From assembly GCA_904063045.1 (NCBI GenBank), contig CAJFCJ010000004.1:2411713-2475712 (forward strand): 64,000 nucleotides of DNA, given 5' to 3'. The position numbers were made by a program, and so were the translations under genes. This document shows, piece after piece, positions 27,701 through 40,334 of the stretch. Numbering within the stretch: the first letter of the stretch is position 1; every line of letters begins with the position of its first letter. This stretch comes from Dimorphilus gyrociliatus. Taxonomy: Eukaryota > Animalia > Annelida. Under the pieces are notes generated by a model. That model worked only from the letters and a program-made list of their open reading frames with translations, did not search any database and was not told where the DNA came from.

Positions 27701-29467
27701 TATTTATTCAATTAGATAATCAATGTATTCTATTCATTTTTCACTTAAAAAAAAGATGAACAGTTCGCGCTTGCTGCTACTACGACATTAAGCTTAATAT
27801 CGGATATTGGAGAGAAATTAAAGGTATAGTATAGGAAAGTGTTTTTTCATTTTCCATCTTATTACTTGGATCTTTTCTTTGGAAATAGGCTAAAATTAAA
27901 TGTGCGGATGAAACCATTCGTGATACAACTATATATGAATTAAGCACGGAAGGAGTAATTATTACATCAAATGGACATTTATACGGTGATGAGAAAAATA
28001 TTGATATCTTTGGACTCTATCCAGGAACAAAAGAAGTAGCTGAAAAACGAAAGTTGCAATTATTACTAGAAAAAGGGGTGGCTAATCCGAATTATTACCC
28101 TCAAGGTTAACTATTTTAATCCATTTATTCTTTAAAATATTAATTAATAATTAATTATTTTTAGAGTCTATTGAAAAAGTCCTAAAGTATATATCGAGAC
28201 AAGAGATAAACAACTTCCTTGATTCGCAAGGTGTTAGCAAAAAGTCTATTCAAATTGAGTTGCAAAAATATTCCGGGATAGTTGATGATAAAGTTCTAAA
28301 ATTAAACCAGAAGTTTATAATTTCTCAAGCGAATGTTGAGGATCAGGTATTGATTACGTCATCTTTATAATTTTGTATTTTGGCCCGATTATTAACCTGC
28401 TGCTTTCGCTTCTTGATAACGTCTTTGTACAATTAAAAATTTGTAACATTCACTTTTAGGCACCGACTTACACAATTATAATTGATTAGCCTCAAGGTAA
28501 AAAATAGGACGATTTTATCACATTTGATGCTTTTAAGCGCTTCAATACTGTAACAATTTCGGTTAGCCAGCCGTAACATCAACGGTTGGTTATTCAATTG
28601 TTAAAGCACACACACAAAAAAAAGAAAGTTTCCTCTTTGAATTCTTTTCAGAGATTCACCTTTTATTACATTCTTTCAGATAACAAAAATGTGTGGCCAC
28701 ATTGATGAGCATGTTAAAAAGACGAGTGGAGAGCTGGAACAAGTAAGGCATCATCAACAGGTGTTTATGAAACAAGCACTTAACGATTTTAAAAATCAAA
28801 TGGCTATATTATTGACTACTTATGAAAAAGAAAAGGTTCTTGAGAGATGCCATCTTCTTACCTAATTATTTTAAAATCATAAATTTTGATTTAAACAGAG
28901 TGAAAGAACTGAGGAATTTAGAAAATTTAAATGGAGATTGAAGCAAATCTACGGCGAACAAAGCGATGATACGGTCGAAAAATTAAATAACGATAAAAGA
29001 GAGTTTGAGCAAAGAATTAAAGATTTTAATGAGGAAATGCAAAATTCTTATCATCAACTTTTCGAAACAATGCATAAGACTTTGGGACAATTTGCAGTAA
29101 AGGTAAAACTGTCAAAACTAACTGTTTTTTATTAAAAGTGTTTAAGAACCTTCTTGACACTTTGAAGTGATATTGTAAATAAAATAAATCATTAATGCTT
29201 TACTTCAATTCAGATGAACAATATGGAAATGAGTGTGAATTCTACGGAGAGTACAACAAGTCGATTAGGCGAGGTTGTCCATGATTTTAAGGACAAACTA
29301 AATTTATTCAAGAGACAAGTATATATAACTATAGATAATATTCGGATAATTTGAATAATTATTGAATATAATTTATATCTTTTCAGCTTGACTCGTTCGA
29401 CTTTAAAATTGAAGATATAATTCCCAATTCGGAAAGTCCACTTCCAAAAACTGATATATTCGAATAA
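21781..29467 (+). CDS. Large multi-exon ankyrin-repeat protein with C-terminal coiled-coil region; N-terminal MGSGVS myristoylation-type start
   Basis: The first exons splice in frame (21781-21844, 21917-22035, 22104-22260 and onward). Ankyrin motifs TPLHLA, TALMEAAIRNKLEVVKLLVLNGAD, FPLAIAASKGDFSIVEFLV. One very large exon of about 2.2 kb (about 23.8-26.0 kb). E/K-rich heptad exons at 26.2-29.3 kb. Last exon LDSFDF...DIFE* ends at 29467. Not every internal junction was verified. Confidence 0.8.
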
Positions 29468-30000
29468 GAGAGCGCACTCTACCAGCTGATTCTGTCTTGA
29501 ACAATTAAATATATATCTTCTCTTCTTTTGGCTTTTTGTAACAAATACATTAAACTTACATTATTAATAGTATTTTGTTGTAATATACAGAAATTAGAAG
29601 GTATAAAACTCTAAATGGTAAAAGTGATTTTTAAAGGAAGATGTAGGATATGAAAAAGGAATTAATCTGGTAAAGGATTCACCGTCCTTAAATCGTTAAA
29701 ATCTCCAGAGAGGATAAAGTAAAGTATTGATTTTAGGGTCGTTAAATTTCGATACATCGCATTTTGGAAGCGGAGACATCGGAATCCTTTCTTAAGAAAT
29801 TCCATTGTTGATGCACATAAACCGCAATTTTTAAACGATTTAGGTCATTTAATGACATAAACTAGTATAATAATAACAAGTTTCGAAATGTAATTCATCT
29901 TTACCCCTTCTTAACGACTTCTTTTCAAGAGCCGACTATAAATCAATTGTATCAATTGTAAGCATTCATCTGTCAAACTGTTTTTTTAAATTTTACGATT

Positions 30001-30120
30001 CGCGCCAAATTTTCGGCCCTTAAGGGCTCGTTTGCATATTCGAATTGCACGCGTCAGTCTTTATTGAAATCGCTGCGCGCTCATTCAACTGTCAGTCGCG
30101 TTAGATCCGCATCGCTCCTA
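30001..30120. promoter_or_regulatory. CpG-rich promoter-like patch with E2F consensus (TTTGGCGCG on the - strand at 30001-30009)
   Basis: Local CG-dinucleotide enrichment in an AT-rich background and an exact E2F motif. Target transcript unknown. Confidence 0.35.
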
Positions 30121-30154
30121 AGACCGGTATTTATTTTCTATTTTTTTTTCTCTT

Positions 30155-30157
<3 letters not shown>

Positions 30158-30195
<38 letters not shown>
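30158..30195. repeat. (CT)n microsatellite
   Basis: Directly visible. Confidence 0.95.
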
Positions 30196-30197
<2 letters not shown>

Positions 30198-32148
30198 ATT
30201 AACATTATTATTAATATTTTTTGTCCTATATAAATTAATATTCAAATTTATGGCCGTTTTAATAAAAACTAACAATTATTTATAATATTTAAGCAATAAA
30301 CTATTAAATTCTTATTAACTTACCACCATGCGAAAATTTGTTACCTTTAAACAGCCTTTTATGATTATTAAAGAGCTAAATCATCATTTTATATTTAGAT
30401 ATATTTTCTTAGGTAAATGTAGCTGTATGGAAAATTAATTCGTACCTTGTTAAAAGTTATAACTAGTTACGTACTTAAGCAATTTAATTACATTTTATCG
30501 CCTCCTTGCCAAAGGCTTATGTAATGTTATCAAAAGAGAAAATGGAGAATAAATTCTTCTTTTGTTCCCTATTCTTTTTTTCTTTAACTAATTTTCCACA
30601 TAATTTACTCAATTAATAGGAGTTTAATATTAACCCACTTCCGCTCTACTGTATTTTTCATGGTAAAAGGGGAGGATGATTGAAGGAGGTGGGAGGCAAA
30701 AAAAGAGAAAGAGAGAAAGAAATTCCTACCTTTTTACCCTTGGTCACTAAAATTTATTTATAAATAAACTAAACTACCTTCCGACCGTGCATGATCTATT
30801 ATTACGGCATTTACATTTAGGTCACGTGACTGTGATTTATGACATTTAGGGAGTTTATGCTCACCCTTTATGCTATGGAAGGGTTGTTTTTGGTATATTT
30901 ATTACCCGTTTCTTTTTTATATCGAATATAGGTGGTCCAAAGGTTTATTGGTAATATCTGTTACATTACAGTGTACCGGTGTATAAGAAATGACTGTTTT
31001 AATGTTTTATAACTTGATTTCTTGTTAAACATTTGCACATATGAAGAACTTTGATTTATTTTATGAACCGGCGAATATTTTATTGAAGGTTATTTAAATA
31101 AATTAAACTCCCAATTGCGCTTAAGATTAAGGAGAGGGGAAAGAGAGAGAGAGAGAATGAAAGAGGACGGGGAGAGAGAGAGAGAGAAGAATAAAAATTA
31201 ATAAGAGTAAATCGATAGGGTTAGGGTCATCTTAAATAAGAGTCTTTTAAGGTACAAGTTACTCTACACCTCGTTAAAAACGCCGTGGGAAAAATAGACA
31301 ATACCTTCAGTAAATCGTACGCAAGGGTCTAGTTATGTCACGTTAAAGGTCGTTTGTTCATTGTTGATGTAAAAAAAGTAAAGGTTATTATATTCAGACT
31401 TTTGACTCTTTTATAATAATGAAGAGGTCGGTTTATAAATAGGTAAAGTGACATTTGATTGAGGATTAGGAGTTTTAAGTACACAAATATCAAGTTTTGT
31501 AAATAATTCACATTCCCCCTCTTTTCTCCATCCTTATTGCATTATCGTCTTCACTTCCTTACCTTGAAATTAATACTAATTACTTATTCAACCGGAACCG
31601 TATGTCTTCTTGTTATCGTTGGATTTATCCTAAGAGGACAACTTTTAGGAGAAGTATTAAAAAAAAAAGCAGGAAGAAGAGATGAAAAAAGTAAACAATT
31701 TGTCTTCTTTCATCTTCCCTTGAAGTAAGGAATCGGTGCATGTTCGACCCTAAAAAAATATAAAGGGTTAAAAAAAAACTAGTAGCGCGATTAACTTGGA
31801 AGACCGTGCGAAACGCATGATCACGCTGATAAAAAGGTTACGGAAATGATCCTTTGTGACGTAACGACCCCTAAAAATCCTTACTGTCAACACCTGGGGC
31901 TATTTTCATTACGCCTTACTGGCTTTTCGAGACTTTTTATGATCATTTAATTTTGGCATCACGCATATTTATCATTCCCCTTAGTTTACATCTCCTTTAG
32001 GAGATCAACCAAGAAGCCGCCTCACCCGTTGTCATCCCTTTACCCTCCCATTCATAAACTACCTAAGATTCAAGCCATTATTGGCGAGTTCATAAGCTTT
32101 CAGAGCACCCTAAAGTGGGCCCTTTAATTGGCGTTTTTAACGTGTCCT

Positions 32149-32163
32149 CGCGGCGCGTTTGAA
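32149..32163 (+). promoter_or_regulatory. CDE/CHR tandem element
   Basis: CGCGG + 4 nt (CGCG) + TTTGAA, the canonical CDE-4nt-CHR spacing, about 635 nt upstream of the Rb-like ATG. Confidence 0.5.
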
Positions 32164-32797
32164 AAGGAATCAATAGTACCTGTAGAGGAGTTTCTATTTA
32201 TAGAAAGGCCCATACAGTACGATACAGTATGGTGTAATAAAAAAAAGCAGTAGCGTGTGAACATAAAAGGCTATTTTCATATTTTCGACCCAAGAATAGT
32301 ATTTTAAAATAATCTATTAAAAATTTATTTCACCGGTTCTATACCTTATTCAAAATTCTTTTGTGCCGCGTCAGAGCCTTCTTCCTACTACCTTACAGTA
32401 ATTTTCTTTTCATTCGGCAGCTGAAGAACGTTTTAGAATACCTCTTCTACCCAGTTGGAGTTTTATTGGGTACGTTTTGTTCCCATTATCATTAGGGATA
32501 AAAAAAAGTTTTTTCAAACAATAAACTATTGATAAAGTTTTTCCCCAAAGAAGAAAATTGAATAGAGACAAATCACCGACGAAACGTAATAAAGAAGAGA
32601 GAATAGGAGATATTAAAAAGGAGAAGACAGTTATATATATATATATATATATAGATATATATACAGTATATATATATACATATTCAATCTATACAAAGAG
32701 GACGAAGAGGAGGAGTTATTGAATACAATTTAAAAAATACACTCGATCTCATTGAAAAGGCGTTTTGGTTGAATATATATAGAAAAGAAAGTCTGAA

Positions 32798-35392
32798 ATG
32801 CTTAACGCCAATAAAGATAGAATCTTGTAAGTTAAATTACTTTTTTTTTTTACATCTAACGTATAATAATGCAATATACGTTGCATATAGTGAAACGCTC
32901 GTTATCTTAGGCGCCATCTACCCGTGCACTTGTTATATGACTTTGTGCGGCAGACCATTCGGAGGCGTTATAGCTAAAGAACAATATTTTTAAGGGCAAC
33001 AAATTTGGGAAATTTTATCGCTTTAGTGCTGGAAAAAATATTTTGTTTGACGAAAACAAGACATTTTATTTGTAAAATAGGAAATAAAAACGAAAACGAG
33101 ATAGATAGATAGAAGGAAAAAGAGGAAAAAATTGAGAGGAAAGAAGGATTTGAATATACTTAGTCACTTAGTCAAGGTTAGAGAAGAGAGAGAGAGAGAG
33201 AGGAAGTAAAGAATATTAAAAGATAATTATATATCTCTCTATCTATACACGTTGTACAGATTTATTCAATATACTATATATCGGCGTACGTATATATTTG
33301 TACACATGAAAGATGAATGAGGAAAATAATCAGAGGTAATTAATACGGGTAATTTCTAAAAGAATATCTATGTCTTAGTTTAATTTATTTATTCATTAAA
33401 TTCTCGAACCAAGTAGCAAAAAAGATAATTATCTTTTTGAGATTGACATCCAAGTGTCAAACTCTTCAAAGAGCAGAAAGAGAAAGCGACGAGGGCTTGC
33501 CGGCGGATAGAAAAGCTAGTTAATTACGTTTTTAAACTTGCAGATATTGCCGTCAGACGCAAACTTCTCCTCTAAATCGATATTTGAGAAAAGGAAGAAG
33601 AGAAGAATCCGACTTGGAAGTCGGTGTTTCAACAGCTACTCAAACATCGAGTGCACTCGATTCTCTTCTAATCGGCTTTCGACCGATACCATCGAGAAAT
33701 CTCATCAAAATTTTTGCCAGTTCTTATCAAACTCCAGATGATCTCATAGTAAACTATATTACCGATCTCTATATGAAATTAGCTAAAGAATTGCATAATG
33801 ACGCGATCCTGGGGCAAAAATTACAAATGGCGCTTACGCTTTTTTATAGGATTCTTGAAAAGATTCTATTAATGGAAAAAAGGAATTACAATGATAAAGA
33901 AATGACTTTAATCTTACGGAAGGAAATGTTTTACAAATGTCTTTTCGCTTGCGTCTTTGAAATCCTAATCTTTTCTTATGACTCTGAAAAGACATTTCCC
34001 TGGGTAATTCGGGTTCTGGATTTATCTGCCTTTAATTTTTACAAAGTAATTGAATTGGTAATTAGGGCCGAAGGCAGCCTAAGCCGTCAGCAGGTTATGC
34101 ATTTGAACAAGATCGAAGAATCCATTCTAGAGAGTCAAGCGTGGGCCACAAATAGCCCTCTTTGGTATCTTTATAAAGAAAACGGATACGCACTAAAGCG
34201 ACATCTCTCTAACAAAACTGATTCGGTCGAGTTATTTTTAAGAAAAGTACAAAATTTAGCCTATGCTAAATTGAAAAATTTCTCCTGTCATTTAAGAATT
34301 AATGAGATACTCTTTGATAAAATTTTATCGACGTTTCGCTTCGTTCTAACTAATCATACCACAATTATGATGGATAGACATATTGACCAAATAATTATGT
34401 GTATCGTATATGCTATTGCCAAAGCAACTGGTCAGAATATCTCATTTCAAAGAATTCTAACCATTTATAAAATGCAATCGCCGTCCAATATTAATATTTA
34501 TCGAAAAGTTCCGCTGACGAAGCGTTCTTTTAATCAGCTGACCTCAATAGAAACATCAATTGATGAACCTCTCGAAAAGAGGACGAAAACTGGTCAACGC
34601 TTTCCATTTTCCTTTACTCGATCAGATTATAAAGATTCCAGAGAAGAGAGAAGATATGTGAAAAAAACTGCAACTGACAGAAAAAATACCGTTGATATCA
34701 ATAATAACAATAATAATCATAATCATGATAATAATAATAATTATGATGACGGAGATAATGACGTCGACGGGAACGGCTGTGAAAATGATGATGATACTGA
34801 TAATAATAATAATGAAAACTGGATATCATCCAAGAGAAGACGATTTTCTGCTTTTAAAATGGTGAATAGATCGCATCTGTTACATAACGCCAATAAAGAG
34901 ACTGTAGAAAGGACATTGACTCAGTTGTCAACGAATTCTACTGTGCAAATAGTTTATCGACAAGGAGCTAATAAAGACAGAGAATACGGGGATATTATTC
35001 AGTTTTACAATTCCGTTTTTGTCTGCTTAGTAAAGGATTTTGTTCTAAAAATAGCAAAGTTATATAAGAAAGAAATGGAGGAAAAGGAGAGAGAAGATAG
35101 AAATGAAAAGAAAACTCGATTAACTGGTATTCACTCTACGAATTATCCAAGAAAATATGGAGATTTTCGAGTTTCCGTTCATTCATTTAAACCGGTTAAA
35201 ATAGAACAATCCGTGTCCTATCATTTTCAAACGTCTCCTTCTCATAAACTCTCTACGATTAATTCTATGATTAATAGAAACGATAATTCATCTTCAACAA
35301 CAGCAGCTAGAAGGAATTTAAATATGACAGAGAACTGGAATCAATCACCAACCCTTTTAAAGCTATTATTAAATAAGTTGAATAATAATTAA
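32798..35392 (+). CDS. RBL: Retinoblastoma-family (p107/p130-like) pocket protein lacking the N-terminal domain; proposed exons 32798-32826, 33544-35392 (about 625 aa)
   Basis: Pocket A (FYKCLFACVFEI, FNFYKVIELVIRAE, HLNKIEESILES.AW..NSPLW) and pocket B (LFLRKV, DRHIDQIIMC..YAIAK, GDIIQFYNSVF). The phase-2 donor TT|GTAAGT at 32827 matches the acceptor TTGCAG| at 33543. The first exon is inferred. Confidence 0.9.
34700..34815 (+). repeat. Imperfect (AAT/GAT)n coding repeat, an Asn/Asp-rich insert in pocket B
   Basis: Encodes NNNNNNHNHDNNNNYDDGDNDVDGNG..DNNNNE. Confidence 0.9.
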
Positions 35393-36510
35393 GATGTCTA
35401 GGAAAGCCTTTATTTCTCTTATTGTGTTATCTTTGTTTTAGTCTTTCTCGCCTCTTAGACTTTGTTATCATACTTTTATATCTTGTTTGTTTTATTTTAG
35501 AAATACATTTTTTTTAACCTCTTCAATCAATTTGTTAACATCGATTTATACTCCTTTTATTTAAATTATCAACAATTATATTAAAGCTTAGATTATTAGA
35601 GTAACACAAGGAATATATTTTATCATATAGGAAATAAATTGACTTAAACCTTTCAGAGTGCTGTTTGTATAGGAGCAACTTTACCAGGCACTAAATAACC
35701 GCTATGAAAGTAATCTTGTTAAATAATGTTTTAGTAATTGGGTAAATTTTATCCAAAAAAGGATTTTTTCTTTCTCATTCATTCTCTATTTTATTATCCA
35801 TTTCTCTCTCTCTCTCTTCCTTGTTACTTCAATCTCTTACTTTATCTTATGCTCTTTTCCCCAGAATCCCCTCTCTCCTTCCATCTCTTTCTGCTTGTTA
35901 CACACCACACAGACACACACACACACACACTCTCTCTCTCACACACATCATCATTTCTCTTGTCTCATCTGAACTAAATCCAACTACTGGCTAATTTTAG
36001 ATCGATATAAGAAGAGAACAACAACAAAATATAGGGAAATTTTTTTTTATTCTCTTTCATTTTTTCCTTCTTATGTCATTTTTTTTTCTTGGCCAAATTT
36101 TGGATGAGAAGAAGCCCCGAGTCGGAATACGAATTGCATTAGACAAGCCGCGTCGCTCTACTTGATCAAGCGCCGTATAGACTTTCAATAATAGTCTTCT
36201 TTTTGTGTAGCCTTTTGTGTTGGATGTATTATCTGGTTAATAAAACGTTAATATATTTATACTGGCCTGTTTGGCTAGGCATTTTTCAGTGTTTATTTTT
36301 ATGTTTGCGATTAGCACTCATCTTTTCTGGTCTATTTTTTGTATATACAGCATTTATATATAAAAGGAAAGTTTTGTCCTCTTTATCACTAGTTATTCTA
36401 ACTGCTACCCTCATCGTCAATTTTCCCTTTTCTTTCTTCTTTATTCTCTGATAACCTTTACTAAATTTTGTGCTGAAATCGTTACTGTCTCGGTTCAGAA
36501 ACGACCCAAG

Positions 36511-37624
36511 ATGATTAAACTGGAGGACGTTACCTCAGTAAGTGTCTTTTCTAAAAGAATGTATTCTTTTCTGACAGTGGAGAGACTACAGGAAACGTTA
36601 GATTTTTGAATTAAATAGCAATAATGAAAAATTAAATAAAAATAAACAAAGAGAATAATCCCATAATACACTATTCTTCTTTCTTTCTATTCCCGAACAG
36701 GCATTAGATTATAATAAATTTAGCTTTCTCTACTCTCAGCTACAATGCAAGCAGAATGATTTGAAAGAGCTGAGAGAATTTTTAAACGAAAGTCGTTCGA
36801 TTGAGGAAAATTATTGTAAAGGTTTATTGAAGCTATATTGTAAATTTCCAAAAGAGGATCATTTCAGTTCCTTTCAATCTCTCTGGGACAATCTGAAAGA
36901 TCTCGTCAGGGGGGCTTGCAATTTGCACCAAACTGTAGCTCACAATTTGAATGATATATCCAACAATCTTAAAAAGTATATGGGTATAACATCCTACTTA
37001 TTCTTAACGATTATTTGCTGTTTTTTTTAACTTGTCAATAGTTTAATGGAATTCCTTTTCCATTGTAGAAAGTGTCAAAACCAAAAATGAGGCTATTAAG
37101 ATGGAAGAGAGCAGTATACTTACGTTTAAAAGATCTTTAGATAACCTTGAAAAATCAAAAGAAAAAGCTAAAAGTGACTATAGGAGCGTAATTAATTATC
37201 TGAATGATTATAAGACTAGGTCGTTTGTTAAAGGCGACTGTTTGGAAAAGCTTATGTCAAAAGCTGAAAAGTCATCGTTGACCTTTAAAACTCTTGACGT
37301 CCGTTATGTCGATTCAAAGGACGAATTTGAAAGAAGACTTGAAAAGATGTATGGAAATATAGAAAAAGCAGAAAACCATCATTTAGATAACTTGAATAGC
37401 TTTACTATTGATTATTCGAACGTATGGACGAGTTATTCTTTAAATTTTGATCAGGTTCATTTTCTGTTTTATTGATAATTGAATTTAATGAATAAATAAA
37501 TGAGCTAATTAATTAATAGCTAATAATTTTATATAAACAGCTCCTTAAGCATAAAAATCTAAAGAAATTAAAGAAGAGCTCCTCCCCTCCTCGCTACTCT
37601 TCTCCTAGTCAGTCGAAAGGCTAA
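36511..37624 (+). CDS. F-BAR (FCH) domain protein, FCHo-like, F-BAR only; exons 36511-36537, 36701-36983, 37069-37454, 37541-37624
   Basis: LKELREFLNESRSIEENYCKGLLKL and SFQSLWDNLK..CNLHQTV follow the FCHo/PSTPIP F-BAR pattern. Junction phases 0, 1, 0 are consistent. Confidence 0.8.
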
Positions 37625-38100
37625 ATTGCAAACAATGCAAACAAGATGAAAGAGGATCTAAATCGGAAGGGAGAAGTCAATTGACTAAACAATTATTTTC
37701 GTATTAATTTCAGACTTACTGTCTTCTTTTAGTTGATTTTATTAACGAAATAATTAAGGAATTTGTTAGGCTTATGTATGGAATATTTTGCCTGTTAAAT
37801 TATAGATTTTACCAACCTACTCTGCCAACTAAACATATGTAACAATCTACGCAATAGCTTATTAATATTATTAATAAATAAACACTGAGTGCGTGCCAAA
37901 GTTCAATTTATCTTTAATGCCATCCAAGTCATTTTTACGTTTTAACCTACGCAACATATTTTCTAGACTAGCTACACAGCTGTAATATTCACGAACAACG
38001 CTAATGTCTCTTATTTTTTACATTTAGATAAATAAATCTTATACTTAGTATATAAATGTCGACTTTCTATAAATTTACTTTTATACTAAACTATGTAAGC

Positions 38101-40334
38101 ATGAAATTAATGACTTTTATATTCCTTATCCAACTGGTATCTTCCGAGAATATTGATCTCTTGGGAAAACCTGTAAAACAATCTGGTAAGAATAGAATAC
38201 TATTCGATGGGGTTTTGCACAAGGCCGAATTGGCTATTGATGGGGATGAGACTGATGGAGGGGAGTAAGTCTTACCATTAAAATATCTATTGATAATTAT
38301 AACTCTTTCTTAATCTCTCTTTCTTTTAATCCTTTATTTAAAGCTTTAAATCGTGCATGAATGCCGAACCGGATGGTGATTATAAATGGCTAATGATTGA
38401 TCTGGAAAGTGTATATAACATTAATAAAGTAAATTTAGTGCTAAGGGAATGTTGCTGTATGTCAAAAATAACTATATTATTTATTCATTATTATGTTAAT
38501 TGAAAAAGTAACTTTTTCTCTTCTCCTCTTCCTTTTCCAGTTGATCATTACAGAGAATTGTTTATTCGTTTATACACTAAACCTCCAGAAAAATGGTACG
38601 ACGGTGGAGATTTGTGCAAACATTTCAAAATTGAAAAAGATCCACCAAGAAAAATAAATATATCATGCGATAACCCCGTATCTGGCCGTTATGTTGCAAT
38701 ATCTATGAATTATAAACTTCCAATTTATAAGAACTTGCAGCTTTGCGAGGTTTGTTGAGAGAAAGATGTACAGACAACGAGAGCGAAAGAGAGAGAGTGG
38801 GAGAGAGAGAGAGAGAGAGAGAGAAAGAGGAAGAGAAATGGAAAGCTTGCATAAAAAAAATAATAACTTAATAAGGAGATAGTTTTTTGCGATATTTTTA
38901 GGTCTATATCGATGGAACTTTGACAGGCAACTCTGTAAAACAAGCCACGAACTACACACCCAAAATAGCCAGTACAAACTTTTACTATTAATTGCCTTAA
39001 TTTTTCTACTAGTTTTAAATTACACTTAATTGAAACAGGAACGACGGACCGTTTGTCAACCTCATCAACTTTGACTGTTACTCCCGTTCCAACGCCAACA
39101 AGCACAGAGAAGATTAAGTATAGTAAGAAAGCGGAAAAAGAATGCTCTAGCCAGGATTCTTGCGGATTAAGGTGTACCGATACAGTTGAACCATCGGGAT
39201 TAGAAGCCGTTCCTAACAGTTGGCCGTTTTTAGCGGCCATATTCCAAAGAACGCCTTATTTGGTGCGTCTAAAATAATTTTCCATCTCTTCTTCACCTTA
39301 GTCGTCTTTTGCGTCTTTGCTTTATCTTTAGAATATTTTGGGGTGAAAAGAGAGAGAGAGAGAGAGAGACAGATATATATATATATATATATCATGCATT
39401 AATAATATTTTTTTTCTCTTTCGTACTGTTACAGCGGTACATTTGTGCAGCAACGATTATTTCACATAAATGGTTAATTACATCAGCAAATTGCTTTGAG
39501 GGCGATCTAAAGTAAATTTTCTTTAAAAGGTATAAAACGAGTAGCTTTATATAATTTATTGATCGGTTTAGGAGTGAAAATTACATAGTCCTAGTTGGAG
39601 TGACAAACACTGAATTTGAAGAATTAAATTTTAACCAAAAGGAACACGAAATAAACCGATTTGTGTCCCAACCGGAATTTCCGGAAAAAACTGACAATGG
39701 TACTGTCCTAATTGAATTAAAGGAAGATCTTATGTGGAATCAACAAATACGTAGAATTTGTCTATCACCACAAAAACCCTCTAAGGCTGATAAATGTTTT
39801 CAAGTAGGTTGGGGTTCAAGGTTTCTTAACTTAAAAGGTTGTGATAATTAGATTTACAGCTTATCCTTGAATTTATACCTCTTCGACAATCATTCTTTTT
39901 GCAGAGGATATAAATAAACACCTGTTTAATTTGATGGAAATTGCTGTTAGTGAACACGATTGTTCCTCTAGTACAAATAATTCAACTAGATGCTTTCAAT
40001 CCGAAAAAGGCTTTTGCTACGTAAGTTTTATTATACTCTATAATCTATCTTTTTCTCATTTTCCTTCTCCTCTTCATCTTCCCCCCACCCCCTCCCCTTC
40101 TACTTAATCCACTAATAAATAACCGATATAATCCAAAGAAGGAAATAATGATTACAATTGATAAATTGATTGCAGTTTGATTATGGCGGACCAGTTGTTT
40201 GTAATAAAGGGGATAAATATACGCTTGTTGGTATAAGAGGATTAAGAACTGGTTGCGATTCAGCCTCTGAAATAGTAACAAACATACAGGAAAACGGTAT
40301 TTCTGAATGGATAGATAGCATTATAAATAAATAG
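38101..40334 (+). CDS. Secreted F-type lectin (fucolectin/F5-8C-like) domain + S/T/P linker + catalytically inactive trypsin-like domain, about 9 exons
   Basis: Signal peptide MKLMTFIFLIQLVSS. FTL motifs ELAIDG, WLMIDLESVY, RECC, GRYVAI, LQLCEVYI. Trypsin-fold motifs SWPFLAAI, ICAATIISHKWLITSANC, ICL, VGWG, DYGGPVVC. GT-AG junctions are in frame; one weak donor near 39838. Confidence 0.85.

Noticed and set aside
31741-31750. B-box-like TGTTCGACCC
   Set aside because: No A box or cloverleaf, so not a tRNA or SINE.
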